Positions 53,238 to 62,535 of a stretch of 64,000 bases of DNA are shown here, one piece after another; the stretch's first letter is position 1; the number at the start of each line of letters is the position of its first letter. The DNA comes from Burkholderiaceae bacterium (lineage in GTDB: Bacteria > Pseudomonadota > Gammaproteobacteria > Burkholderiales > Burkholderiaceae_D). The position numbers were made by a program, and so were the translations under genes. Location: assembly GCA_018882935.1 (NCBI GenBank), contig VERA01000001.1:7505-71504 (forward strand), read 5' to 3'. Under the pieces are notes generated by a model. The model saw nothing but the letters and a program-made list of their open reading frames with translations, was not told the DNA's origin and searched no databases.

Positions 53238-53388
53238 GCCAGACTATATCAACCCGATTCCGCCGCGTCCGCTTTCGAATTGTGATGCCAGATATAAATT
53301 TTATGAATGAATGAAAGTTTTTTATTTTTCCAGACAAATAATTGTCTTTTTATGCATAAAAATCCGTTCGAACGCTTCATACCCGGGC

Positions 53389-53425
53389 AAAAAATTAAAC
53401 CCGCCACACTTGCATGTGGCGGGTT
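53389..53425 (-). terminator. Intrinsic terminator, the first strong one seen downstream of boxA
   Basis: AACCCGCCACA-TGCAAG-TGTGGCGGGTT (11-bp perfect stem) followed by TAATTTTTT. Confidence 0.75.
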
Positions 53426-53675
53426 CGGGTCTCCTCTCGCTCTTCCGGCGACAGATTTTTTTGGTGAAGCGGGCGCATCATGCCGACGAATTGAGGCGAT
53501 GTCATCATGCATCGCACCAACCCGCCAAGCCATTGATTCAAAAAGATTTTTTTATCACAAACAAATAACCTGCGGGTCAGTTTTTTGGGGACCAAGCACT
53601 CTCGGGTCGAGGCGCCCATGAACATGGTCTTACCCGACTCGCCGACACCCAATACGCCCACAGCCAGGCCTGGCG

Positions 53676-54911
53676 CTAGTAGGTTTCAACATGGAAACGC
53701 CCTTCAACCAGCATCTTCTGATGCAGGTCTGCCCACACCATTCCGGCACCCTCACAAATCGTTCTCAACGCATCCATCACACCCGCCTCCATGCCTTTCA
53801 CACCGCAGATATAAATGTAGGTATCTGCATTCAGTAGTTCGGCAACCGCAAGTGATGATGCGCGCAACTGATCTTGCACATAGGTTTTGGGTTCGTTATC
53901 AGCACGCGAGAATGCAAGATGAATGTCAATGAAGCTCTGCGGCAGTTTGCGTAGCGGTCCGAAGTACGGCAACTCACCCGGCTTTCGCGCGCCAAAGAAC
54001 AGCATCAGCTTGCCTTCAACCGGTGTGCCTTGCGCCATCAAGCGCCGCCGATACTCGGTCATGGCGCGCATCGGTGCTGCGCCTGTGCCAGTGCAGATCA
54101 TGATGATGTTAGAACCCGAATGGTTCGGCATCAGATAATGCGCGCCGAATGGTCCGGTGACTTGAACGGTGTCACCCTTTTGCAGATCGCACAAATAGTT
54201 AGACGCAACCCCGCGCACAGATTTGCCGTCGTGATCAAGCACGACACGCTTGACGGTCAACGAGAGGTTGTTATAGCCCGGTCGCTCACCATTGCGCGGG
54301 CTGGCCACAGAATAAAGTCGCAGGTAATGCGGCCGACCCGCATCATCCGTGCCCGGAGGAATAATGCCAATACTCTGCCCTTCCAATACCGGGAAATGCG
54401 CCTGACCAAAATCCAGCACGATATGACGTACATCGCTCTCTGCATCGGTATCCGTCAGGCGGTAGTTACCAGCAACGGTCGCTAGCAGAGGCTGTTTGAT
54501 GTCATACAGATGAAGGCTAGGCTCTGCCGCCGACCATGGTGCGCTAGATGAGGTAATCGATAGCGCAGCATTGTGCTGTGGCGGCGGCTCGATGGTGTCA
54601 GCAGCTACACCGTCGCCCGCAGTGAGTGGCTGCTGCTCGGGCAGCTCATCCCAACTGAACTGCTCAAGCACGCTGTAGGCCGCCGATTTCGACACCGTGC
54701 GCCAGTTATCAATCGACCCGGTAGGACACGGCGGCAGACACGCATTGCAACCATTACAGATGTTCGGGTCGACTACATAGTTACGATCATCATGCGAGAT
54801 CGCATCAATCGGGCAGGTGTCCTCACAGGTGTTGCAACGTATACAAACCTCAGGATCAATCAGGTGCTGACGTATCAGCGCCTCGGCGTCAGTAGAGCCC
54901 ATAGCTGTCAA
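53676..54911 (-). CDS. boxA: Benzoyl-CoA 2,3-epoxidase reductase subunit
   Basis: Two 4Fe-4S motifs ([24 protein letters not shown]), FNR domain [23 protein letters not shown]; start 54911 (TTG) or 54902 (ATG). Confidence 0.95.
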   Translation of the reverse strand: MTAMGSTDAEALIRQHLIDPEVCIRCNTCEDTCPIDAISHDDRNYVVDPNICNGCNACLPPCPTGSIDNWRTVSKSAAYSVLEQFSWDELPEQQPLTAGDGVAADTIEPPPQHNAALSITSSSAPWSAAEPSLHLYDIKQPLLATVAGNYRLTDTDAESDVRHIVLDFGQAHFPVLEGQSIGIIPPGTDDAGRPHYLRLYSVASPRNGERPGYNNLSLTVKRVVLDHDGKSVRGVASNYLCDLQKGDTVQVTGPFGAHYLMPNHSGSNIIMICTGTGAAPMRAMTEYRRRLMAQGTPVEGKLMLFFGARKPGELPYFGPLRKLPQSFIDIHLAFSRADNEPKTYVQDQLRASSLAVAELLNADTYIYICGVKGMEAGVMDALRTICEGAGMVWADLHQKMLVEGRFHVETY

Positions 54912-54914
54912 TCA

Positions 54915-56342
54915 TTAGTTGAAGCGCACGTACTCAAAGTCGATAGGCTGACGATTGATGCCGATAGGCGGTGGTGCGATCCAGTTCGCCATCTTGCCCG
55001 GCTCAACCACGCGGCCCATCAACGACGCTACATAAGCGCGGTCTTCCTCGGTGGGCAGCCACTGACGCACATGTGCCTGCCACTCGGCCTCGGAGATCAC
55101 TTGCCCTTGTGGAGACACGCGTAAACCGGCGAAGCTACCAATGTGGCGATTGAAGGCCTTGTGCGGCGCTTGCAGCCGGAACGGCAGGCCCGCTTTCTCG
55201 ATCACTTTATTCCAGCGACCGATACCCGCGATGGAGTCCTTAATGTAATCATCACGCAGCACCTCATTGAGCGCATTCAGCATGGGTACTTCGCGCTCCA
55301 CCAATTTATCGCCCTGTACTTCCAGAATCTTGTAATGATCGCCCTTGAGTTGATGATCATCCGTACGCTTGGTCTCTTCATAGCGGCCTTTCAAACCGGT
55401 CGCGTAAAAAGTCGCTGCGTTGGAAGACTGATCAGCGCCAAACAAGTCAATCGTCACGCTAAAGTGGAAGTTAAGGTAGCGCTGCAGAGTCGGCAGATCA
55501 ATCACACCGAGCTGTCGCAGTTGCTCCGGGTCTTCTGTGCTGTGCTGCTTCATGACCTCGCAGGTGCGCTGAATCGTACGCGAGACACCCGACTCACCGA
55601 CAAACATGTGATGCGCCTCTTCAGTGAGCATGAAACGGCAGGTACGCGAGAGCGGATCAAAACCGGACTCGGCAAGCGCGCACAATTGGAATTTACCATC
55701 ACGATCGGTGAAGTAAGTAAACATGTAGAACGCCAGCCAATCGGGCGTCTCTTCATTAAAGGCCTGCAGAATACGCGGGTTATCTTGCGAGCCGGAGTTG
55801 CGATGCAGTAGTGCCTCGGCTTCCTCACGACCATCACGACCAAAATACTTGTGCAGCAAGTAAACCATCGCCCACAAATGGCGACCCTCTTCCACATTAA
55901 TCTGGAACAGATTACGCAGATCGTATTGTGATGGGCAGGTCAAGCCTAAATGACGCTGCTGCTCGACGGATGCCGGTTCGGTATCACCTTGCGTCACAAT
56001 AATCCGGCGCAGATTAGCGCGATGCTCACCTGGCACTTCTTGCCATGCGGCTTCGCCTTTGTGCTCACCAAAATTCACCTTGCGGTCTGCTTCAGCTGCA
56101 TTCAAGAAAATGCCCCAACGATAATCGGGCATCTTCACATGACCAAACTGTGCCCAACCTTCCGGCGTGGTGTTGATCGCTGTACGCAGATAGACATCGA
56201 AATTCTGCGAGCCATCGGGGCCCATCTCATTCCACCACTGCAGGTAGTTTGGCTGCCAATGCTCGAGCGCGCGCTGCAAAGCACGGTCTTCCGAGAGGTT
56301 GACGTTATTCGGTATTTTTTCGCTGTAATCGATGGCGCTCAC
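54915..56342 (-). CDS. boxB: Benzoyl-CoA 2,3-epoxidase di-iron subunit
   Basis: DYSEKIPNNV, QGDTEPASVEQ, EEGRH and EEAHH iron ligands; GTG start at 56342 with an AGGAG RBS. Confidence 0.96.
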   Translation of the reverse strand: MSAIDYSEKIPNNVNLSEDRALQRALEHWQPNYLQWWNEMGPDGSQNFDVYLRTAINTTPEGWAQFGHVKMPDYRWGIFLNAAEADRKVNFGEHKGEAAWQEVPGEHRANLRRIIVTQGDTEPASVEQQRHLGLTCPSQYDLRNLFQINVEEGRHLWAMVYLLHKYFGRDGREEAEALLHRNSGSQDNPRILQAFNEETPDWLAFYMFTYFTDRDGKFQLCALAESGFDPLSRTCRFMLTEEAHHMFVGESGVSRTIQRTCEVMKQHSTEDPEQLRQLGVIDLPTLQRYLNFHFSVTIDLFGADQSSNAATFYATGLKGRYEETKRTDDHQLKGDHYKILEVQGDKLVEREVPMLNALNEVLRDDYIKDSIAGIGRWNKVIEKAGLPFRLQAPHKAFNRHIGSFAGLRVSPQGQVISEAEWQAHVRQWLPTEEDRAYVASLMGRVVEPGKMANWIAPPPIGINRQPIDFEYVRFN

Positions 56343-56404
56343 GCTATCTCCTGTGGGAATGACTCGATCCAATAAGGGTTATTATTTTTTAAACGTTTTA
56401 TTAC

Positions 56405-58063
56405 CTACACACGCTCGAATTCGAATTTCGCCTTGCTGCCGGTTCCGTACACTTTCAAGGCACCCGACTCTCCGACCGCATTCGGACGATTGAAGATCCA
56501 GTTCTGCCAAGCAGACAAACGACCAAACACCCGCGTGAACATATTCTCTTGACCGTTGAAGCGAAGATTCGCCTCCATACCAGTGAGTGCATCCGGCGAC
56601 ATACTGGCGCGCTCTTCAAGCGCAAGGCGAATCTCATCGGCCCAGTCGATATCGTCCGGGTTTGCCGTGATTAAGCCCAGTTCCATTGCTTTATCCGCAT
56701 CCAATGCTTGTCCAAGCAATGCCTTCAATTCGTTGAGCTTGGCTGCATCATCATAGAAGCGACGTGCCAGACGTCCCTGCCCGGTGATCATGGGCAGCAC
56801 ACCAAAATTCATCGCAGACAAGGTGATGACCGGCGCATCTTGTGGCGCGTCGGGCAAACTGAGCATGTAGCTGCGATCAGCCGCAAACGCCAGCTCGGCC
56901 AGCGTGCCGGCGAAGCAGGAATCCTGATCAATCAGTGCGAACAGACTGCGAGACGAGACATCAATCCGCGCTAAGGTACGACGCATCAAGCCGAGTGTTT
57001 CGCGCACCAGCCAATGCGAGGCATGTTGCTGCATGCTGGCATCGCACGCCAGTACATGCTCGCGGTGACCCGCAGTTTTAAGTATCCAGATACCCAGCTC
57101 GATTTCATTGGTACGTAGATGCAGGATCGCATCATCCAACTCGCGTGCCATTTGTAGTGGCCACCAGTGCACACCGGCCGCTTCGATTCCCGCAATATCA
57201 TCAGGCTGAGGTGTTGCAGGCGAGTGTACGGTGATGGTCGCACTGCGCGCATCGCGGTCCAGCAACACGTCGACATAGCGGTAGCGCACACCTCGCTCGG
57301 TGAATTCGCGTTGCAGCGGCGTTAGCTGCACACCCGTCGCTTGCGCTGCTCGATCACTCTGCGCTGCCAATACCTCGGCGCGCTCGCGGACCGCTTGCGC
57401 AAATTGCGCTGGCTTGGCGATCTCATCGACCAGTCGCCACTCTTTGGCACGCTGGCCGCGAATACCTTCGGAGGTCGTGCAAAAAATATCGGCGTGATCA
57501 TGCCGTACCTTGCGCTTGTCGGTCAGTCGCGTTAATCCACCGGTGCCAGGCAGCACGCCGAGCAACGGTACCTCAGGCAAACTCACTGAGGATGATCTAT
57601 CGTCGACCAAAAGAATTTCGTCGCAGGCAGCCGCTAGTTCATACCCACCACCGGCACAAGCACCGTTCACCGCGGCGAGGAATTTCAGACCGGAATAGCG
57701 ACTGGAATCTTCCAGACCATTGCGTGTCTCGTTGGTGAACTTGCAGAAGTTGACTTTCCAGGCGTGGCTGGATTTACCCAGCATAAAAATATTGGCGCCC
57801 GAGCAGAAGGTTCTATCCAAACCGCTACCAAGCACCACCACGCGTACCTTCGGATGCTCGAAACGGATTCGCTGTATGGCGTCATGCAGCTCAATATCGA
57901 CGCCGAGATCATAGGAATTCAACTTGAGCTTGTAGCCGTCACGCAGCCCACCGTCTTCGTTCACCGCCATGGTCAGGGTAGCGACCACACCATCCACGGC
58001 CAACGACCAGTGCCGGTAGCGCTCAGGGGTGGTTTGGTAGTCAACGACGAAGGATTCGCTCAT
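56405..58063 (-). CDS. boxC: 2,3-epoxybenzoyl-CoA dihydrolase (crotonase fold)
   Basis: LKLNSYDLGVDIELHDA, CSGANI, CAGGGYELA, LPEVPLLGVLPGTGG. Confidence 0.95.
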   Translation of the reverse strand: MSESFVVDYQTTPERYRHWSLAVDGVVATLTMAVNEDGGLRDGYKLKLNSYDLGVDIELHDAIQRIRFEHPKVRVVVLGSGLDRTFCSGANIFMLGKSSHAWKVNFCKFTNETRNGLEDSSRYSGLKFLAAVNGACAGGGYELAAACDEILLVDDRSSSVSLPEVPLLGVLPGTGGLTRLTDKRKVRHDHADIFCTTSEGIRGQRAKEWRLVDEIAKPAQFAQAVRERAEVLAAQSDRAAQATGVQLTPLQREFTERGVRYRYVDVLLDRDARSATITVHSPATPQPDDIAGIEAAGVHWWPLQMARELDDAILHLRTNEIELGIWILKTAGHREHVLACDASMQQHASHWLVRETLGLMRRTLARIDVSSRSLFALIDQDSCFAGTLAELAFAADRSYMLSLPDAPQDAPVITLSAMNFGVLPMITGQGRLARRFYDDAAKLNELKALLGQALDADKAMELGLITANPDDIDWADEIRLALEERASMSPDALTGMEANLRFNGQENMFTRVFGRLSAWQNWIFNRPNAVGESGALKVYGTGSKAKFEFERV

Positions 58064-58074
58064 GGGTCTCCCGA

Positions 58075-58135
58075 TGCAATATCATGCCTTCAAACAGCGA
58101 ACAGGAACTATATTGCGTGTCACGTGGTAAGTCAA
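58075..58135 (-). promoter_or_regulatory. Sigma70 promoter of boxC with candidate BoxR operator half-sites
   Basis: TTGACT (58135-58130), 17 nt, TATAGT (58112-58107); GCAATAT/ATATTGC inverted motifs at 58076 and 58110 overlap and follow the -10. Confidence 0.65.
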
Positions 58136-58254
58136 TGCTCGCTAAGTCAATGCTCTCCAGGTCAAATGCTCGGCAAGCACATTCTTGCGCAAATCAAGCG
58201 TGGGGCCAGTGAATGCCGAAGCGCTCGCCTATTGCCATTTCGGCAGCTTGCTGG

Positions 58255-59154
58255 TCAGTTGGCGATCTGTTCGCGCAATTGTGTAAGCGCCCGCTCTGGC
58301 GGCATAGCGCTGGTATCAAGCGTGAGGTCGGCTTTTGAGTAGAACTGGGCCCGGCTTTCCAGGATACGCTTCAGGTCATCCATCGCTTCCCTGTTGCCCG
58401 CCATGGGTCTGCGGTCACCTTGGGCAAGTACCCGGCTCATATGCTCTTCCGGAGTCGCCTTCAGCCTCACGGTGTAGCAATGGGTCAGCAGCAAATTGAA
58501 GGTTGCGGGTTCGGAGACGATGCCGCCGGGCGTTGCAATCACCACGCGCGAGTGAGCGCGGATAACTTCTTCAAGCGCGCGCTGCTCGTAACGGCGGTAG
58601 GCGGTCTGGCCGTACAGCGCATGAATCTCCGCAATACCGCAGCCCGCCAGCGCCTCGATCTGGCCGGACAGCTCGATGAACGGCACGCCCTGCTCAGTGG
58701 CGAGCGCCCGACCGAGGCTGGATTTTCCGGCGCCACGCAGCCCGATCAGGGCAATACGCTGACGGCGGGTTGACTCGCTGGTCGGCTGCTCAAATAACAT
58801 CGCCAGCGCAGCGCGTGCCTTGGCCAGCTCTTCATCACTGCGGCCACGCAAGGTCTCGCGGATCATCAACCAATCCGGCGAGGAGGCAGCCTCATCGCCC
58901 GTCATCTCGGCCAACGAGCAATTGAGTACCACGCACAGCTGACGCAGAAACTGAATCGAGGCATTGCCGACCCCGGTCTCGACATTCGCCACGTGGCGCT
59001 CAGAGACATCGGCCAGCTTAGCCAGCGCTTTGCGCGTCAAGCCACGGCGGGCACGCAGCAGGCGAACACGCTCACCGAGAGCGCTGAGAAACGGATCTTT
59101 ATCTTGCCCCTCGGGGTGAGCAGTGCTTGAAGGTACTGGCTGGGTCGGTGGCAT
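58255..59154 (-). CDS. boxR: BoxR/BzdR-type regulator (XRE HTH plus shikimate-kinase-like benzoyl-CoA sensor)
   Basis: LGERVRLLRARRGLTRKALA...SERHVANVETG; IALIGLRGAGKSSLG; start reassigned to 59154. Confidence 0.92.
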   Translation of the reverse strand: MPPTQPVPSSTAHPEGQDKDPFLSALGERVRLLRARRGLTRKALAKLADVSERHVANVETGVGNASIQFLRQLCVVLNCSLAEMTGDEAASSPDWLMIRETLRGRSDEELAKARAALAMLFEQPTSESTRRQRIALIGLRGAGKSSLGRALATEQGVPFIELSGQIEALAGCGIAEIHALYGQTAYRRYEQRALEEVIRAHSRVVIATPGGIVSEPATFNLLLTHCYTVRLKATPEEHMSRVLAQGDRRPMAGNREAMDDLKRILESRAQFYSKADLTLDTSAMPPERALTQLREQIAN

Positions 59155-59182
59155 AGCTTCGGGTTGGTGCTTTCTTGACGCA

Positions 59183-59228
59183 AGCAAGATAGTGCATTTA
59201 CACTCAGTTTTGCATGCATTATAAGTTC
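59183..59228 (+). promoter_or_regulatory. Sigma70 promoter of the benzoate-CoA ligase gene with TGCA-type operator motifs
   Basis: TTTACA (59197-59202), 17 nt, TATAAG (59220-59225); AGCA-N6-TGCA at 59183-59196 and TGCATTATAAGTTC at 59215-59228. Confidence 0.6.
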
Positions 59229-59292
59229 GCAAAATAAAAATAACCAAGGCGCTTGGCCGACGCCCAAGCCAAGACCCGCACAGGAGACAACC

Positions 59293-60849
59293 ATGAAGAA
59301 CGCTGCATCGGGACTACCGCAGCGCTTCAACTTCGCTCAGCATCTGCTCGCGCTGAATACAGCACGCGGCAGCAAAGTTGCCTACCGAGATGACCACAGC
59401 GCGCTGAGCTATGCCGAGCTGGATCATCGCGTGCGCTGCTTCGCCGCCGGCCTGCTGGCCGAGGGTCTGCAGCCTGAGCAGCGGGTATTACTGGTCATGC
59501 TCGATACCATCGATCTGCCTGTCGCGTTTCTGGGGGCGCTGTATGCGGGTGTGGTACCGGTGCCGGTGAATACCCTGCTCACAGCGGAAAACTACCGCTA
59601 CATGCTTGAGCATAGCGATGCCAAAATGATCGTGGTATCCGACGCCCTGAGAAGCACTGTTGATCAAGCGATATCGACCTGCAGTCGCCCATTGAAGGTG
59701 GTTGTCTCCGGCGCGGCCAGCAATGATCGGGATATCGCATTTACCAATGTGTTGGCACACACGCCGTTGACGCAGGCCGCAGATACACACGCGGATCAGT
59801 TCGCGTTTTGGCTGTACTCCAGCGGCTCAACCGGACAACCCAAAGGCACGGTGCACAGCCACGCGAATTTATATTGGACTGCGGCGTTGTATGGCAAGCC
59901 GGTGCTGGGCCTGACCGAAGACGATGTCGTGTTCTCCGCAGCCAAGCTGTTTTTTGCGTACGGCCTTGGTAACGCATTGACCTTTCCGCTATCGGTGGGT
60001 GCCACAGTTGTACTGATGGCAGAGCGACCCACACCGGCTGCGGTTTTCGAGCGACTGATCAAGCAAAAGCCAACGGTTTTTTACGGTGTTCCCACGCTGT
60101 ATGTGGCCATGCTTGCTGCCGATAATTTGCCGACACGCGATCAACTCCGTTTGCGCTTGTGTGTTTCTGCGGGCGAGGCTTTACCGCGTGAGGTCGGTGA
60201 AAAATTGAGCGCCTATGTCGGCTGCGACATTCTCGATGGCCTTGGTTCAACCGAGATGCTGCACATCTTTCTGTCTAACCGCGCCGGTGCCGTACGCTAT
60301 GGAACCACCGGCACACCGATTCCTGGCTACGAGGTCGAGTTACGCGATGAACGGGGGCAGCCAGTCGCTGTGGGTGATATCGGCGACCTCTACATCAAAG
60401 GCCCGAGCGCAGCACTCCTGTACTGGAATAGTCGCGACAAAAGCGCCGCCACCTTTCAAGGTGAGTGGGTAAAAAGTGGCGATAAATACACGGTGGATGC
60501 GGACGGCTATTACAGCTACGCAGGACGTAGCGATGACATGTTGAAGGTCAGCGGTCAGTATGTCTCGCCGATTGAGGTGGAGTCTGCGTTGATGGCGCAT
60601 GATCAGGTGCTCGAATGCGCCGTCGTAGGACAAACGGATGTTGATGGCCTGACCAAGACCGTCGCGTATGTCGTACTGCATGAGCCTGCTACCGCAGACG
60701 ATGCGTTGGTAGCCACCTTGAAAGCGTTTGTCAAAAACCGGCTGGCACCCTTTAAATATCCACGTGAGATCGTGTTTATCCGCGAATTACCAAAAACAGC
60801 CACCGGAAAGATTCAGCGTTTCAAATTACGCGAGCAGAATGTCGGCTAA
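59293..60849 (+). CDS. bclA: Benzoate-CoA ligase
   Basis: FWLYSSGSTGQPKG, AKLFFAYGLGN, ILDGLGSTEMLHIF, PKTATGKIQR; box cluster context. Confidence 0.92.
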   Translation: MKNAASGLPQRFNFAQHLLALNTARGSKVAYRDDHSALSYAELDHRVRCFAAGLLAEGLQPEQRVLLVMLDTIDLPVAFLGALYAGVVPVPVNTLLTAENYRYMLEHSDAKMIVVSDALRSTVDQAISTCSRPLKVVVSGAASNDRDIAFTNVLAHTPLTQAADTHADQFAFWLYSSGSTGQPKGTVHSHANLYWTAALYGKPVLGLTEDDVVFSAAKLFFAYGLGNALTFPLSVGATVVLMAERPTPAAVFERLIKQKPTVFYGVPTLYVAMLAADNLPTRDQLRLRLCVSAGEALPREVGEKLSAYVGCDILDGLGSTEMLHIFLSNRAGAVRYGTTGTPIPGYEVELRDERGQPVAVGDIGDLYIKGPSAALLYWNSRDKSAATFQGEWVKSGDKYTVDADGYYSYAGRSDDMLKVSGQYVSPIEVESALMAHDQVLECAVVGQTDVDGLTKTVAYVVLHEPATADDALVATLKAFVKNRLAPFKYPREIVFIRELPKTATGKIQRFKLREQNVG

Positions 60850-61690
60850 GCTCACGATCGACTGGCACGATCGAGAGATCGCTATCGAGTATCGCTGGAT
60901 CGATGTGCCCGTTGCGGTCAATGCGGACCGTACGTTAAATGCAGAAGGTAGGGCCAATACAGATAACGCAACTGACACGGCCGCCGAACAACCAGTGATG
61001 GTTTTTCTGCATGAGGGATTGGGATCGGTCTCGCTATGGAAAGACTTCCCCGATCAGCTGTGCGCCCACATCGGTATGCGTGGCTTGGTGTACTCGCGGC
61101 CGGGCTACGGCAAATCAACACCGCGTCGGACAGATGAGCAGTGGGACCCCGACTTCATGCATCTGCAGGCGTACGAAGTACTGCCCACGCTTTTGCGAGA
61201 ACTGAACGTACAACGAACCTGGTTATTTGGGCACAGCGATGGCGGCTCCATCGCCTTGCTGTACGCAGCACAATTTCCGACGGCGCTTAGCGGTGCGATC
61301 GTCGTTGCGCCGCATTTGTTCGTCGAGGATATTAGCGTTGAGAGCATAGAGCGTGCACGCCACGCTTACAGGCATCAGGGACTACGCGAACGCCTTGCAC
61401 GTCACCATGACGATGTTGATTCTGCTTTCTTTGGCTGGAATGATGCCTGGCTATCACTTGCGTTCAGGGCATGGAATATCGAGTCGATCGTGCCGGATAT
61501 CTCATGCCCCTTGCTCGCTGTACAGGGTGAGCAGGATGAGTATGGCAGTCTGCGCCAAATTCGCCGCATCCAGCAATTACAGCCTGCCAGTGAAATCATT
61601 GCGCTGGCCGCGTGTGGCCATTCACCCCACCGTGATCAACCGCAGGCTCTGATGACCGCAGTAGGCGACTTCATTCGGCGTCACCGCTAA
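60839..61690 (+). CDS. Alpha/beta hydrolase of the type found in box clusters (possible lactonase/thioesterase)
   Basis: FLHEGLGS, GHSDGG, QGEQDEYG, GHSPH; start 60839 overlaps the bclA 3' end. Confidence 0.85.
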   Translation: MSAKLTIDWHDREIAIEYRWIDVPVAVNADRTLNAEGRANTDNATDTAAEQPVMVFLHEGLGSVSLWKDFPDQLCAHIGMRGLVYSRPGYGKSTPRRTDEQWDPDFMHLQAYEVLPTLLRELNVQRTWLFGHSDGGSIALLYAAQFPTALSGAIVVAPHLFVEDISVESIERARHAYRHQGLRERLARHHDDVDSAFFGWNDAWLSLAFRAWNIESIVPDISCPLLAVQGEQDEYGSLRQIRRIQQLQPASEIIALAACGHSPHRDQPQALMTAVGDFIRRHR

Positions 61691-61751
61691 ACCATCATCG
61701 CGGCCTGGATGATTCTCGTACAATGCGCGAATCGCACGCATCTGATCAACC

Positions 61752-62210
61752 ATGCAAATCGAATCTTTGAACAAGCGCTTGGTACTGCAGCTGGGCTATG
61801 CCGGTCTGCTACCTTTTTTGCTGATGATGCTTGGGGTGTGGAGCGCCGATCCTGGCTGGATTAGCGACTTCGTCAAAGGCCAGCTCGCCTACGCGATGGT
61901 GATTCTGTCATTTCTGGGTGGCGTTCACTGGGGGGTAGCGCTGTTGTCGAGTACCCTACCGGAATCAAGCGTTCGAAAAGCCCTGATGTGGGGCGTCACA
62001 CCATCGTTGATCGCATGGTGCGCCACGCTCTTCAGTGGTTTTGGTTTTGCGGTGATGATGGCCGGGTTTATCGCAGCGCTGCAAGTAGACAAGCAGCTCT
62101 ACCCGGCGTACGGACTGCCTGATTGGATGCTGCCGCTTCGCAAACAGCTGACCACCGTGGTGGTGGTCAGTTTGCTATTGACTGTAATCGGTGCGAATTT
62201 GCGCGGCTAG
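61752..62210 (+). CDS. DUF3429-like membrane protein
   Basis: LGYAGLLPF, YAMVILSFLGGVHWG, PSLIAW. Confidence 0.82.
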   Translation: MQIESLNKRLVLQLGYAGLLPFLLMMLGVWSADPGWISDFVKGQLAYAMVILSFLGGVHWGVALLSSTLPESSVRKALMWGVTPSLIAWCATLFSGFGFAVMMAGFIAALQVDKQLYPAYGLPDWMLPLRKQLTTVVVVSLLLTVIGANLRG

Positions 62211-62229
62211 CTGACAGCGCTACACGCAA

Positions 62230-62535
62230 TCAGAAATCGTCGTCGTCCGACTTTCTGGGTTTACCGTCAACGTCACTGATACGCATACGCTTGCGGCGGT
62301 CACCCATCAGTTCACGCAATTCGCGGATGCTAAGGTCGGTCACCTCGTGCATACGGATCAGCAGCGATGCCCCAACAGGCAAGGTGCGGTGGCGAATTTT
62401 ACTGATCACTGGAGGCCGGACTTCGAGCGCACGCGATAAAGCTGCGTCATTCTTCAAACCGAGCTTCTGGATCAACGCATCGAGCAAACGATTCGGGTCG
62501 TAGCCTTCTTGCGATACCAGAGGATGCTTGTCCAT
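62230..62535 (-). CDS. Small conserved HTH-like DNA-binding protein of unknown function
   Basis: YDPNRLLDAL..KLGLKNDAALSRALEVRPPVISKIRH..LPVGASLLIRMHE; start 62535 or 62598. Confidence 0.7.
   Translation of the reverse strand: MDKHPLVSQEGYDPNRLLDALIQKLGLKNDAALSRALEVRPPVISKIRHRTLPVGASLLIRMHEVTDLSIRELRELMGDRRKRMRISDVDGKPRKSDDDDF

Noticed and set aside
53275-53290. Sigma54-like TGGCATCACAATTCG upstream of the sRNA
   Set aside because: The invariant -12 GC is replaced by CG; the extended -10 fits the predicted 5' end better
53395-53446. GAGGAG read as an RBS for a micro-ORF MQVWRV
   Set aside because: The spacing is 15 nt and the ATG is buried in the terminator stem
53395-53661. 88-aa ORF starting MGVLGVGESGKT, which resembles a Walker A motif
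   Set aside because: No Walker B or ATPase fold follows, the middle runs through poly-A/T tracts, the GTG start has no RBS, and it ends inside the terminator hairpin; probably chance, though an ancient fragment cannot be excluded
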